Source: Candidatus Poriferihabitaceae bacterium
GTDB lineage: Bacteria > Pseudomonadota > Gammaproteobacteria > Arenicellales > Poriferihabitantaceae
Length of the DNA stretch: 64,000 nucleotides
Direction: 5' to 3'
Assembly: GCA_965226545.1 (NCBI GenBank)
Contig: OZ245364.1
Span: 171,499-235,498, forward strand
Part shown: in pieces, positions 23,019 through 32,479 of the stretch
Layout of the letters: each line of letters begins with the position of its first letter
Position numbering within the stretch: the stretch's first letter is position 1
Notes under the pieces: model-generated
Databases searched by the model: none
The model's input: the letters and a program-made list of their open reading frames with translations, nothing else
Told to the model about the DNA's origin: nothing
Position numbers and translations under genes: made by a program

Positions 23019-23960
23019 ATGCATTACCTCTACAAAATCGCTCGAGTCGATTCCGACGATGTTTATGTCGGCGTGACCAACGACCCCTTTAAACGTTGGC
23101 AAGAACACTTCGAAAACGACAGCGTCGTCGGGCGGTGTTTGCGCGAGCATGGGTTGGCGGGCTTCGCCTTTTCATTCATCGGCGTGTATGCCAGCCGTAC
23201 AGATGCGGAGAACGCTGAGCGTATTTGGATTCAGGAGAACAATCCAAACTTAAATGTTGCGGCGCGAACCGGGTTGGCCTCGGGTTTGGATATGGAAAAG
23301 TTGGCGGACAACGAGCACTTTCAGATTCTTGCTCTGAACTCACAGCAAATAGTCGCTAAGATTAAAGTGACAAATGACGAGCAGCGAATCCCGATAACGA
23401 TGTCAGACCGTCAATTGTTCCTGTTGGCGCCGCGGACGTGGTGGAAAGAATTTCTCGGCGAAAATTTGACGCGTCGACATACGCAAGAAATTGCGGATGC
23501 GATGATACAAGTTGCCCGGGCAAAAGAAACGCGCCGACGCGAAATCGCCAAAAAGGCGGGGGAAACGAAAGATGTTCGCCCAATTTTGGATGCGCTCCTG
23601 GAGTTGCGTATTCCCAACCCAGGGTTGCCGTCGGGCGAAATTAGTGTTGCGGACGCCTTGCGTACCGATTCGCAGGTCGTGCACAAGTACGGAATTCGCT
23701 ACTTAGATGGAAAAGGATTGTGTGTGGCGACGAACATTCCTCAATTCCGAAAATTGTGGCAACACACAGATTGGAAAAATGTGGATATCAAACAACTAAT
23801 TAGAAATAGTTTGCCGAATCGTCCGGCGGAACGACCGGTCAGGTTTGGAAAAGAAACGGCGAGGCCTGTTTTGATTACTGAAAGCGACCTTGCAAGGTTG
23901 GGCTTGCTTCAAAGAATGCGTCCAAACGCCGCCGGTTCGAGCGCAAGTTTAGCCGGCTAA
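23019..23960 (+). CDS. GIY-YIG nuclease domain protein with uncharacterised phage-like C-terminal region
   Basis: YLYKI...VYVGVTNDPFKRWQEH...AENAERIWI...NPNLN GIY-YIG signature; atypical codon usage; opposite strand to neighbours. Confidence 0.75.
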   Translation: MHYLYKIARVDSDDVYVGVTNDPFKRWQEHFENDSVVGRCLREHGLAGFAFSFIGVYASRTDAENAERIWIQENNPNLNVAARTGLASGLDMEKLADNEHFQILALNSQQIVAKIKVTNDEQRIPITMSDRQLFLLAPRTWWKEFLGENLTRRHTQEIADAMIQVARAKETRRREIAKKAGETKDVRPILDALLELRIPNPGLPSGEISVADALRTDSQVVHKYGIRYLDGKGLCVATNIPQFRKLWQHTDWKNVDIKQLIRNSLPNRPAERPVRFGKETARPVLITESDLARLGLLQRMRPNAAGSSASLAG

Positions 23961-24254
23961 CGGTGCATCACACCGCCAACACACCTCAAACGTCGCCGGA
24001 TTAAATTCGCGGCAGTTGGGGCAGGGTTTGTTGGTGGCCGGGGTTGGGCTGGTTTCGAAGTGTTCGATTTCGCGGGCGGCGGCGGCGGCGTCGCGGTCGT
24101 GTTGCACCCAGACCTCCGGGTGGGTCATCGGCAATTCGCCGAAGCCGCCGACGGCGTTTTGATTAAACAGCAGGCATGGCACGCCGTTGTTGCGCAGCAA
24201 ATCCATAATCAATTGCGCGTCAATCAGTGATTCGGCGGTGTATACCAATTTCAT
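23949..24254 (-). CDS. DUF2007-like protein with C-terminal zinc ribbon
   Basis: MKLVYTAESLIDAQL...GELP...PEVWV; CPNC..N...FEVCWRC; ATGA overlap with upstream gene. Confidence 0.8.
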   Translation of the reverse strand: MKLVYTAESLIDAQLIMDLLRNNGVPCLLFNQNAVGGFGELPMTHPEVWVQHDRDAAAAAREIEHFETSPTPATNKPCPNCREFNPATFEVCWRCDAPLAG

Positions 24255-25345
24255 CGTTGCCGTCCCTGCGGTTTGCGGGCGCGCGGTTTTGGGCGCGGGC
24301 GTTTTGGTTTTGGCCAGGCGATGATGATGGCATGCACTAACGTTGCCAGCGGGATGGCGAAGAACACGCCCCATACACCCCACAGCCCGCCAAAAAATAA
24401 CACGGCGACGATGATGGCAACCGGATGAATGTTGACCACTTCGGAAAACAACAACGGCGCCAGCAGATTGCCGTCGAGCGCTTGGATTAACAAATAGGCG
24501 ATGACGACATAAATAAAATCGCCGCTCCAACCCCATTGGAACCAAGCGATTAACACCACCGGAAAGGTGACCACGGCCGCGCCGACATACGGGATGATCA
24601 CCGACACGCCGACCAACACCGCCAACAACATCGAGAACTGCAAGCCGAAATAAGTGAAGCATATAAACGACACCACGCCGACGATTAAAATTTCCCAAAA
24701 CTTGCCGCGGATATAGTTGCCGACTTGGGCGTCGACATCGCTCCAAACGCGCGTCGCCAATTTTGTGTCGCGCGGCAACAATTCGGCAAGCCAATTTAAG
24801 ATGCGGGTTTTGTCCATCAAGAAAAAGAAAATCAAAATCGGCAGCAAGATTAAATACACCAACAAGGTAATCACGCCGGCCGCGCTGGATAATGAAAAGG
24901 CGATAATCATTTGCCCGATGGCGGTCAGTTGCGCGCGCAACGCATCGATGATTTCGCGCACTTGCGCGACCGAAAACAACTCCGGATAACTTTGCGGCAA
25001 CGTCATTAACGCGGCTTGTCCGCGCGTCAACATCGTCGGAATTTGCCGCACCATCTCGGTCAGTTGGTTGTACAACGCCGGCAACAACCCGAACACCACC
25101 AACACCACAAACAACATAAAGGCGACAAACACCAACCACACCGCGGCGCGGCGCGGCACTTTAACGCGCGTCAATTTGCGCGTCAGACCTTCGAGCAGAT
25201 AGGCGATGACCAACCCGGCAAACACCGGCGCCAACATGTTGCCGGCGTAAGTGACCAACAAAAACAAACCAAACAACACCGCCGCAAGATAAACAATCTC
25301 GGGGTTAGTGATTTGTTGTTTGAACCAATTGGTGAGACGTTCCAT
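24251..25345 (-). CDS. AI-2E family transporter (PerM-like)
   Basis: Hydrophobic; GNYIRGK, IPYVGAAVVTFP, IQALDGNLLAPLLFSE, HPVAIIVAVLFFGGLWG. Confidence 0.9.
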   Translation of the reverse strand: MERLTNWFKQQITNPEIVYLAAVLFGLFLLVTYAGNMLAPVFAGLVIAYLLEGLTRKLTRVKVPRRAAVWLVFVAFMLFVVLVVFGLLPALYNQLTEMVRQIPTMLTRGQAALMTLPQSYPELFSVAQVREIIDALRAQLTAIGQMIIAFSLSSAAGVITLLVYLILLPILIFFFLMDKTRILNWLAELLPRDTKLATRVWSDVDAQVGNYIRGKFWEILIVGVVSFICFTYFGLQFSMLLAVLVGVSVIIPYVGAAVVTFPVVLIAWFQWGWSGDFIYVVIAYLLIQALDGNLLAPLLFSEVVNIHPVAIIVAVLFFGGLWGVWGVFFAIPLATLVHAIIIAWPKPKRPRPKPRARKPQGRQR

Positions 25346-25551
25346 AAGTTTAGGGGTGCGTTGGTGGGTGTTAATGTTAAGTGGATGTGTGCGTGTAAAT
25401 GTGCGTGTCGATGTAAGTGTAATTGTAATTATAAATGTAACTATAACCATAACCATAAGCGCAAGGGTAAAGTTAACTGTAACTGTATTAATGCATTAAT
25501 GTCCTGCCGAGGTTCGATGTTATGCGCACTGTTTATGCAGAGTCGTGCGCG

Positions 25552-26016
25552 TCAATTAGTTGCATCAACCAGTTCGACCGCGTGGCTAACGGCGACATGC
25601 GGCGTTAACATTTTGGTTACTGAACAGTATTTTTCCATCGATAACGTCACCGCGCGCGTCGCTTGTTTGGCATCGATGGCGCCGCTTAAACGAAACACAA
25701 CATGAATGCGGGTAAACACCGCCGGGATGGTGTTGGCGCGTTCGGCGGTGATGGTGATGATGCAGTTTTCGACCGGCTGGCGCGCCTTTGCCAAAATCGA
25801 CAGCACATCGATGCCGCTGCAGCCGCCAAGCCCGAGCAACACCATCTCCATCGGTCGTGCGCCGATGTCGTTGCCACCGCTTTTGCGCGACGCCGAAATC
25901 AGCGCGAGATGGCCGCTTGCGGTGCGCGCTTCGAAATCGCGCGCGCCGGTTTTCACCAACGTAACCGACATCGTTTCACCGGATTCACTTGTATCGAGTC
26001 GTTGTACATCAATCAT
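25552..26016 (-). CDS. OsmC/YhfA family protein
   Basis: RPMEMVLLGLGGCSGIDV, SMEKYCSV; start could be 25971. Confidence 0.9.
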   Translation of the reverse strand: MIDVQRLDTSESGETMSVTLVKTGARDFEARTASGHLALISASRKSGGNDIGARPMEMVLLGLGGCSGIDVLSILAKARQPVENCIITITAERANTIPAVFTRIHVVFRLSGAIDAKQATRAVTLSMEKYCSVTKMLTPHVAVSHAVELVDATN

Positions 26017-26120
26017 TTTAATTCACCGTTCATTGTTGCTTTCACAGTAACAGTTACATTCACAGTCACAGTCATAATCACAATCACTTAACTTCGGCGA
26101 CGCAATTGCACCGCATGCAA

Positions 26121-26720
26121 TCAACATCCATTTTCGCGGCGTTGCAAATCGAAAATGAATCGTTCGACCGCATCGCCCAAGGTTGCAATATACGCCTCAT
26201 CGCGCCATACGCGCACGCACAGCGGCGCATACTCGGGGTGATAACTGAAAAAATCGCACCACCTTCGTCCGGTCACCCACAACAATCCCTGCACTTGCGC
26301 GATGTGTGCGTTGGGCATGGTGGCGCGCGCCACGGCGTCGGTGTGCGCCGGCGGCGCCGGGCATTTGATTTCCAACACGCCGTCGTCGCCGATTAAGCCG
26401 TCCGGGCTGGCCGCGATTTGTTTGCGGGAGTCGAGATACACCAAGCCGACTTGCGCGACCGCATGCCCGGTCAAGCGCGAATATTCATCGCGCGCTTGCG
26501 GCTCCAACTCAATGCCGCGTTGCATCCATTTTGATTTTGGTTGCGCGCGCATTGCAAACGGTTCGCGGCGTTCCGCCAACAATGCATCCATATAACGTCG
26601 CGCGCTCATCGATGGCGCGCCGGCGGCGGTGAGGATGTTTTTGAAATTCGATGCGGTGGCAACGCCGCAGCGCGCGCGCAACCACGCTTCGCCGCCTTGC
26701 GCGACATCGAGCACAATCAT
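26121..26720 (-). CDS. YqaJ viral recombinase / lambda-exonuclease family protein
   Basis: QGGEAWLRARCG..TAS, MQRGIELEP.AR, ASPDGL, LEIKCP, QVQGLLWVTGRRWCDFFSY. Confidence 0.9.
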   Translation of the reverse strand: MIVLDVAQGGEAWLRARCGVATASNFKNILTAAGAPSMSARRYMDALLAERREPFAMRAQPKSKWMQRGIELEPQARDEYSRLTGHAVAQVGLVYLDSRKQIAASPDGLIGDDGVLEIKCPAPPAHTDAVARATMPNAHIAQVQGLLWVTGRRWCDFFSYHPEYAPLCVRVWRDEAYIATLGDAVERFIFDLQRRENGC

Positions 26721-27556
26721 TTCGTTGGCACTGCGTTTTTTATCGATGCGTTGCGCGCGTCCGGGGCGTCGAATAATTCCGCCAACTTCGCGCCGGGGTC
26801 GGCGGCGCGCATCAAGGTCTCGCCGATTAAAAACGCATGCACACCGTGCGCGCGCATGCGCTCGATTTCGCCGCGCGCGGCAAAGCCGCTTTCGGTGATT
26901 AAGGTGCGCGCCGCCGGCACCGCATCGCGCAACGATAAAGTGGTGTCGAGCGACGTTTCAAAGGTGCGCAGGTTGCGATTGTTGACGCCGATTAACCGTC
27001 CGGGCGCGGCGATGGCGCGTTCGAGTTCGGCGCGGTTGTGGGTTTCAATCAATGCATCCATGCCGAGTTCGGCGGTCAACTCAGCCAACTCGCGCAAGTG
27101 GTCGTCGTCCAACGCCGCGACAATCAACAGCACCGCATCGGCGCCGAGCGCGCGCGATTCATACACTTGATAACGGTCGATGACAAAATCCTTGCGCAAC
27201 ACCGGCAACGCGCATGCATCGCGCGCCGCGCGCAAATCATCATCGCCGCCGCCAAACCATCGTTGGTCGGTCAGCACCGACAAACACGCGGCGCCGTGCG
27301 CGGCTAAATTTTGCGCCAATTGCGCCGCATCAAACGCCGCGCGAATCACGCCTTGACTCGGCGAGGCTTTTTTAATCTCGGCAATCACCGCCGCGCGTCC
27401 GGCGGCAATCGCGTTGTCAATCGCATCGGCAAAGCCGCGCGCGCGCGGTTGGGCCTCTGCGCATTCGCGCAAACGGTCGAGCGGATATTCGCGCCGCTTG
27501 CGCGCGACTTGTTCGCGTTTATCGCGCAGGATTTGGTCGAGGATGTCGCCGCTCAC
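26717..27556 (-). CDS. trpC: Indole-3-glycerol phosphate synthase
   Basis: IAEIKKASPSQG, LSVLTD, LRKDF, GVNNRNL, ESG, LIGETLMR. Confidence 0.96.
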   Translation of the reverse strand: MSGDILDQILRDKREQVARKRREYPLDRLRECAEAQPRARGFADAIDNAIAAGRAAVIAEIKKASPSQGVIRAAFDAAQLAQNLAAHGAACLSVLTDQRWFGGGDDDLRAARDACALPVLRKDFVIDRYQVYESRALGADAVLLIVAALDDDHLRELAELTAELGMDALIETHNRAELERAIAAPGRLIGVNNRNLRTFETSLDTTLSLRDAVPAARTLITESGFAARGEIERMRAHGVHAFLIGETLMRAADPGAKLAELFDAPDARNASIKNAVPTK

Positions 27557-28413
27557 TGCATCGTGTCGGTTAAAAAATTATTCAGCAACAACTTGCCGTG
27601 TTCGGTGAGAATCGATTCGGGATGAAACTGCACGCCGACAATCGCGCATTCGCGATGTTGCACCGCCATAATTTCGCCGTCGTCGGTGTGCGCGGTGATT
27701 TCCAAACACGCCGGCACATTATCGCGCGCCAAGGCCAGCGAATGATAACGTGTCGCAATAAACGGCGACGGCAATCCGCGAAACAAGCCGGCGGCGTTGT
27801 GATGAATCGGCGATGTTTTGCCGTGCATCAATTGCGCGGCATGCACGATGCGCCCGCCAAACGCCTGCGCAATGCATTGATGCCCCAGGCAAACGCCAAG
27901 CACGCCGATGCGTCCGGCAAAATGCCGCACCGCCTCGACCGACACGCCGGCTTCATTGGGCGTACACGGCCCCGGCGACAACACCAATTGCATCGGGCGC
28001 AGTTGTTCTATCTCGGCAACGCTGCGATGGTCGTTGCGCACAACGATGACCCGCCGCCCAAGTTCGCCCAAGTATTGCACCAAGTTATAGGTAAACGAAT
28101 CGTAGTTGTCGATGACCACCACCGGACGCGCGGTGTTGGCGGCGTTACTTTTTACAGTGCCGTCGACATCGTTACTTACATCGACACTTACGTCGTCACT
28201 TGCATCGTCACTTGCACTGTCACTTACCTTGTCACTCATGCCGTAACGTTTAACAGTGTCGTTTGCGCCGCCACTTACCTTGTCACTTGCACCAACACTT
28301 TTAACAATGTCGTTTACATAGCGACCTGCACCGCCACGCACCGCGTCGCTTACTTCGTTACTTACTTCGTCACTTGCACAATGACGCACATCGTTTAACG
28401 TCGCCGCCATCAT
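27553..28413 (-). CDS. trpG: Anthranilate synthase component II (glutamine amidotransferase), with repeat-derived N-terminal extension
   Basis: IDNYDSFTYNLVQY, SPGPCTP, GVCLGHQ, RYHSL, GVQFHPES. Start either coupled to trpE (28413) or GTG near 28122. Confidence 0.92.
   Translation of the reverse strand: MMAATLNDVRHCASDEVSNEVSDAVRGGAGRYVNDIVKSVGASDKVSGGANDTVKRYGMSDKVSDSASDDASDDVSVDVSNDVDGTVKSNAANTARPVVVIDNYDSFTYNLVQYLGELGRRVIVVRNDHRSVAEIEQLRPMQLVLSPGPCTPNEAGVSVEAVRHFAGRIGVLGVCLGHQCIAQAFGGRIVHAAQLMHGKTSPIHHNAAGLFRGLPSPFIATRYHSLALARDNVPACLEITAHTDDGEIMAVQHRECAIVGVQFHPESILTEHGKLLLNNFLTDTMQ
28135..28400. repeat. Degenerate 12-bp tandem repeat (GTAAGTGACGAA-like on the minus strand) in the trpE-trpG junction
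   Basis: Recurring GTCACTTAC/GTCACTTGC/GTTACTTAC units, encoding SDEV/SNEV/SDKV/SDDV. Confidence 0.8.
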
Positions 28414-29951
28414 CGCCCCCGCGCGTCGGTGGCGTCCAAACGCAATTGACGTTCGGCAAGCGCGACGGCGTTAAGCACGGCGCGGCCTTTGTTCATTGTT
28501 TCCTCCCATTCGTTCGATGGAATCGAATCGGCGACGATGCCGGCGCCGACTTGAATATGTACGCGGCGGTCTTTAATCAATGCGGTGCGAATTGCAATCG
28601 CGGTGTCCAAGTTGCCGTTCCAGCCGAGATAACCAATCGCGCCGGAATACACGCCGCGATTGTCCGGCTCGAGTTCTTCGATAATTTCCAACGCGCGCAC
28701 TTTGGGCGCACCCGACAACGTGCCGGCGGGAAAGGTCGCCTTGAGCAAATCGATGGCGTCGAGGTCGGCGGCGAGTTGTCCGCACACATTCGACACGATG
28801 TGCATAACATGTGAATACTTTTCAATCATCATTTGTTCGGTTACTTTCACCGTGCCGATTTGCGCAACGCGTCCGACATCGTTGCGCCCAAGGTCAATCA
28901 ACATTACATGCTCGGCGCGTTCCTTGGGGTCGGCGAGCAATTCTTTTGCCAAGGACGCATCTTGTTCGGCGTCTTCGCCGCGTTTGCGCGTGCCGGCGAT
29001 GGGGCGCACGGTGATTTCGCCGTCTTCGAGACGCACCAAAATTTCCGGCGAGGCGCCGGCAATGTGAAAATCGCCCAAGTCCAAATAATACATATACGGC
29101 GACGGGTTTAAGGTGCGCAACGCGCGATACAAATCCAACGGCGAACCAAAATAATCGACCGACATCCGTTGCGACAACGCCACCTGAAAGACGTCGCCGG
29201 CTTTGATGTAACGACGACATTGTTCGACCGCCGCCTCGAATCGTTCGCGCGGGAAGTTGGATTCAATTTTTAACGCGCGCGCATCTTCATCGAGCGAGGT
29301 CGATGAGTCCGCTGATGTCGATGCCGCCGGCGCGCGCGCATTGTCGGGCGCAACTTGCGCCAATTCATCGAGCAATGCATCGATGCGTTGTTTGCCGGCG
29401 GCCCAGGCATTCGGTTGAGTCGGGTCGGCGTGCAGAATCACATACAACCGCCCGGCCAAGTTGTCGAACACGACGACTTCATCGGACACCAACAGCACGA
29501 TGTCGGGCGCATCGACCGCGTCGGGCGCGTCTTTGGCTTTGATGCGCGGCTCGATGCAGCGCACCGTGCCGTAGCCAAAAAACCCAACCAGCCCGCCGCA
29601 AAAACGCGGAATGCCGGGCATCTCGGGCGCGCGATGTTGTTGTTGGAAGTTGCGGATTTCATCCAGCGGGTTGGCGCATTGTTCATCGCGCAACACTTCG
29701 CCGTCGCGCGCAATGATGCGTACGCGCGCACCGCGCACCTCGAGGCGCAAGCGACACGGCAACCCAATCGTCGAATACCGCCCCCACTTCTCGCCGCCTT
29801 GAACTGATTCGAGAAGATAACTGTACGGACGCGCGGCCAATTTGCGATACGCGCCGACCGGCGTATCGCAATCGGCGAGCACTTCGCGCATCAATGGAAT
29901 GCGGTTATAGCCGCGTTGCGCGAGCGCGCTGAATTCGGATTCGCTTAGCAT
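28410..29951 (-). CDS. trpE: Anthranilate synthase component I
   Basis: LLESVQGGEKWGRYS, NPSPYMY, RPIAGT, EHVMLIDLGRND, GTLSGAPK, EWEETMNK. Confidence 0.96.
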   Translation of the reverse strand: MLSESEFSALAQRGYNRIPLMREVLADCDTPVGAYRKLAARPYSYLLESVQGGEKWGRYSTIGLPCRLRLEVRGARVRIIARDGEVLRDEQCANPLDEIRNFQQQHRAPEMPGIPRFCGGLVGFFGYGTVRCIEPRIKAKDAPDAVDAPDIVLLVSDEVVVFDNLAGRLYVILHADPTQPNAWAAGKQRIDALLDELAQVAPDNARAPAASTSADSSTSLDEDARALKIESNFPRERFEAAVEQCRRYIKAGDVFQVALSQRMSVDYFGSPLDLYRALRTLNPSPYMYYLDLGDFHIAGASPEILVRLEDGEITVRPIAGTRKRGEDAEQDASLAKELLADPKERAEHVMLIDLGRNDVGRVAQIGTVKVTEQMMIEKYSHVMHIVSNVCGQLAADLDAIDLLKATFPAGTLSGAPKVRALEIIEELEPDNRGVYSGAIGYLGWNGNLDTAIAIRTALIKDRRVHIQVGAGIVADSIPSNEWEETMNKGRAVLNAVALAERQLRLDATDARGR

Positions 29952-30073
29952 GCAGGCGGGAGTTCGAGTTTGTTTTATGGTTGGGGTTGACGCTTGTTTT
30001 TAATTTCGAGTTCGAGTTCGATGGCGAGTTCGATTTAATGGACGGTGAAAAAGTAACCGATGAATTAATCCGT

Positions 30074-30778
30074 TTACACTTTATCCAACTGCGCGCGAAA
30101 TTCTTTGATGACGCCGTCGTAATGATTTGGTTGGTTGGCGTCGCCCGCGTTAAAAATCGCGCTGCCGGCGACGAAGGTATCCGCGCCGGCGCGGGCGATG
30201 GCGGCAATGTTGTCGACCTTGACGCCGCCATCGACCTCGAGACGAATCGCGCGTCCGCTTTGCTCGATGCAGTGACGCGCGGCGCGCAGTTTGTCGTAGG
30301 TGGCGTCGATAAAAGTTTGTCCGGCAAAGCCGGGGTTGATCGACATCAACAACACCATATCGACCAAATCGATGACGTGGCGCAATGCATCGAGCGGCGT
30401 CGCCGGATTAAACGCTAAGCCGGGCTTGCAGCCGCATTGGCGAATCAAACGCAAGGTGCGGTCGATGTGTTCGGATGCTTCGGGATGGAAGGTGATGTAA
30501 TCGGCGCCGGCGTCGGCGAATTCGGGGATGATGCGGTCGACCGGTTTAATCATTAAATGCACATCAATCGGCGCGGTCACGCCGTGCTTGCGCAAGGCGG
30601 CGCAGACCATCGGGCCAATCGTCAGGTTCGGCACATAATGATTGTCCATCACATCAAAATGCACCATATCGGCGCCGGCGTTGATGGCGCGGTCGACCTC
30701 CGCGCCGAGGTGCGCGAAATCGGCCGACAATATCGATGCGGCGAGTAACGTATCAAACGGCTCAATCGGCGCGGGCAT
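30074..30778 (-). CDS. rpe: Ribulose-phosphate 3-epimerase
   Basis: [45 protein letters not shown]. Confidence 0.96.
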   Translation of the reverse strand: MPAPIEPFDTLLAASILSADFAHLGAEVDRAINAGADMVHFDVMDNHYVPNLTIGPMVCAALRKHGVTAPIDVHLMIKPVDRIIPEFADAGADYITFHPEASEHIDRTLRLIRQCGCKPGLAFNPATPLDALRHVIDLVDMVLLMSINPGFAGQTFIDATYDKLRAARHCIEQSGRAIRLEVDGGVKVDNIAAIARAGADTFVAGSAIFNAGDANQPNHYDGVIKEFRAQLDKV

Positions 30779-30787
30779 GGCGGCAGT

Positions 30788-32146
30788 TTAGCGCATCACC
30801 AACAACAACGCGCGTTCATCGCGAATCAATTCCAACAACAGCGCGCGCTTGCCGTCGATGGCGCGCTCCATTTCGGCGAAGGTTGCCACCCGTTTGCGAT
30901 TGACGCCGACGATGACATCGCCGTCTGCCAAGCCGGCGCGCGCGGCTGCGCTGTCGGCTTCGACCGATACGACTTCGATGCCGCCGCGATGTTGCGAACT
31001 CGGCAGGGCGCGTTTGAATCGCGCGCCGGCAAATCGCGCGCCGAAACGTTGGGCGGCGTCAATCACCGCGCCTTCGGTAATTTTGGCGGTCACGGTGGCG
31101 CGTTTGCCGTCGCGATAAAATTCGACTTCGGCGTTTTGTCCGGCGCGCAACAAGCCGACTGCGTTGCGCAAATCGACGCCGTCTTCGACAATCGCGCGGT
31201 CGAATCGAACGATGACATCGCCCTCGCGAATCCCGGCGCGCGCGGCCGCGCTTTGCGGCAATACGCGCGACACCACCGCGCCCTTTTTGCCGGACAACCC
31301 GAAAGCGTCGGCCAAGGTCGGGGTTAAATCCTGCATCATCACGCCCAACAAGCCGCGCCGCACATCGCCGTGCTCGACCAATTGCGCCATCAATGTTTTG
31401 ACCATGTTAATCGGTATCGCAAAACCGATGCCGACGCTGCCGCCGCCGCGCGAAAAAATCGCGGTGTTGATGCCGACCAGTCGCCCGTGTAAATCGACCA
31501 ACGCGCCGCCGGAATTGCCGGGGTTTATCGAGGCGTCGGTTTGGATGAAATCTTCATAGCCTTCGATGCCCAAGCCGCTGCGCCCCAATGCGCTGACGAT
31601 GCCGGAGGTGACCGTGCGGGTTAAGCCGAAAGGATTGCCGATGGCGACGACAAAATCGCCGACGCGCAACTGCGCCGAATCGCCGAGCGCGATGGCATCC
31701 AATCGCGCTTCGGTGACGGCCAGCACGGCGATGTCGCTTTCGGTATCCGAGCCGACCAAGTCGGCGTCCAAGGTGCGTCCGTCGTGGGTGGTGACGGTGA
31801 TTTGTTCGGCGTCTTCAATCAAATGATGATTGGTGATGACATAACCGTTTTCGGCGTCGACGATGACGCCCGAGCCGAGGCTGTTGGGCGCGGATTGCGG
31901 CATGTCAAAAAACCGCCGAAAGAACGGGTCGCGCCGCAACGGATTTTGTCGACGCCGTGCGCGCGTCGATAGGTTGACCACGCCTGGCTGCACGCGTTCG
32001 ACCATCGGCGCCAAACTTGGCAACGGCGTACCGTCGACCGCCCAAGGCAACGCCGCGTACGCGATGTTCGGCGGCGTCGCCGACAGCGAAACGGTGAGCG
32101 CAAGCGTCGCCAAGGCGAAGCGCGCGGAAGTTAAGGCGGTGCGCAC
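30788..32146 (-). CDS. degQ: DegP/DegQ (HtrA) periplasmic serine protease with two PDZ domains
   Basis: Signal peptide, SLGSGVI, TNHH, IQTDASINPGNSGG, IGFAIP, two PDZ. Confidence 0.9.
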   Translation of the reverse strand: MRTALTSARFALATLALTVSLSATPPNIAYAALPWAVDGTPLPSLAPMVERVQPGVVNLSTRARRRQNPLRRDPFFRRFFDMPQSAPNSLGSGVIVDAENGYVITNHHLIEDAEQITVTTHDGRTLDADLVGSDTESDIAVLAVTEARLDAIALGDSAQLRVGDFVVAIGNPFGLTRTVTSGIVSALGRSGLGIEGYEDFIQTDASINPGNSGGALVDLHGRLVGINTAIFSRGGGSVGIGFAIPINMVKTLMAQLVEHGDVRRGLLGVMMQDLTPTLADAFGLSGKKGAVVSRVLPQSAAARAGIREGDVIVRFDRAIVEDGVDLRNAVGLLRAGQNAEVEFYRDGKRATVTAKITEGAVIDAAQRFGARFAGARFKRALPSSQHRGGIEVVSVEADSAAARAGLADGDVIVGVNRKRVATFAEMERAIDGKRALLLELIRDERALLLVMR

Positions 32147-32479
32147 GGTGTTAAACGGAAGGAGGTGATAAGCGGACGGTGAATCTATCGTTGCAATTCA
32201 ATGCAATTTAAATCAAGTGCGGGGTAATTTAATTGCGGATAAGTTTACTTAATATTAATTCGACTTAATATCGTTTCACTTAATTTAACTCACTTAACGC
32301 ACTTAACTTAATCCAAAACAAGCATCGATAATTATCGCGTATAGTGCATGCGCGACATCGCAATTGTTGTGTGCTTCATAAGTTAACTCGTTAAGTTAAG
32401 TATAAACCAATTTACTTCCATCGATATGCGCGCACACACTACTGCACAAACTTAATTCACCACCAACCCGCCAACCAAG

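Noticed and set aside
23949-25139. 396-aa ORF
   Set aside because: Only the last ~101 codons are a real gene; the rest is an alternate frame of the AI-2E transporter.
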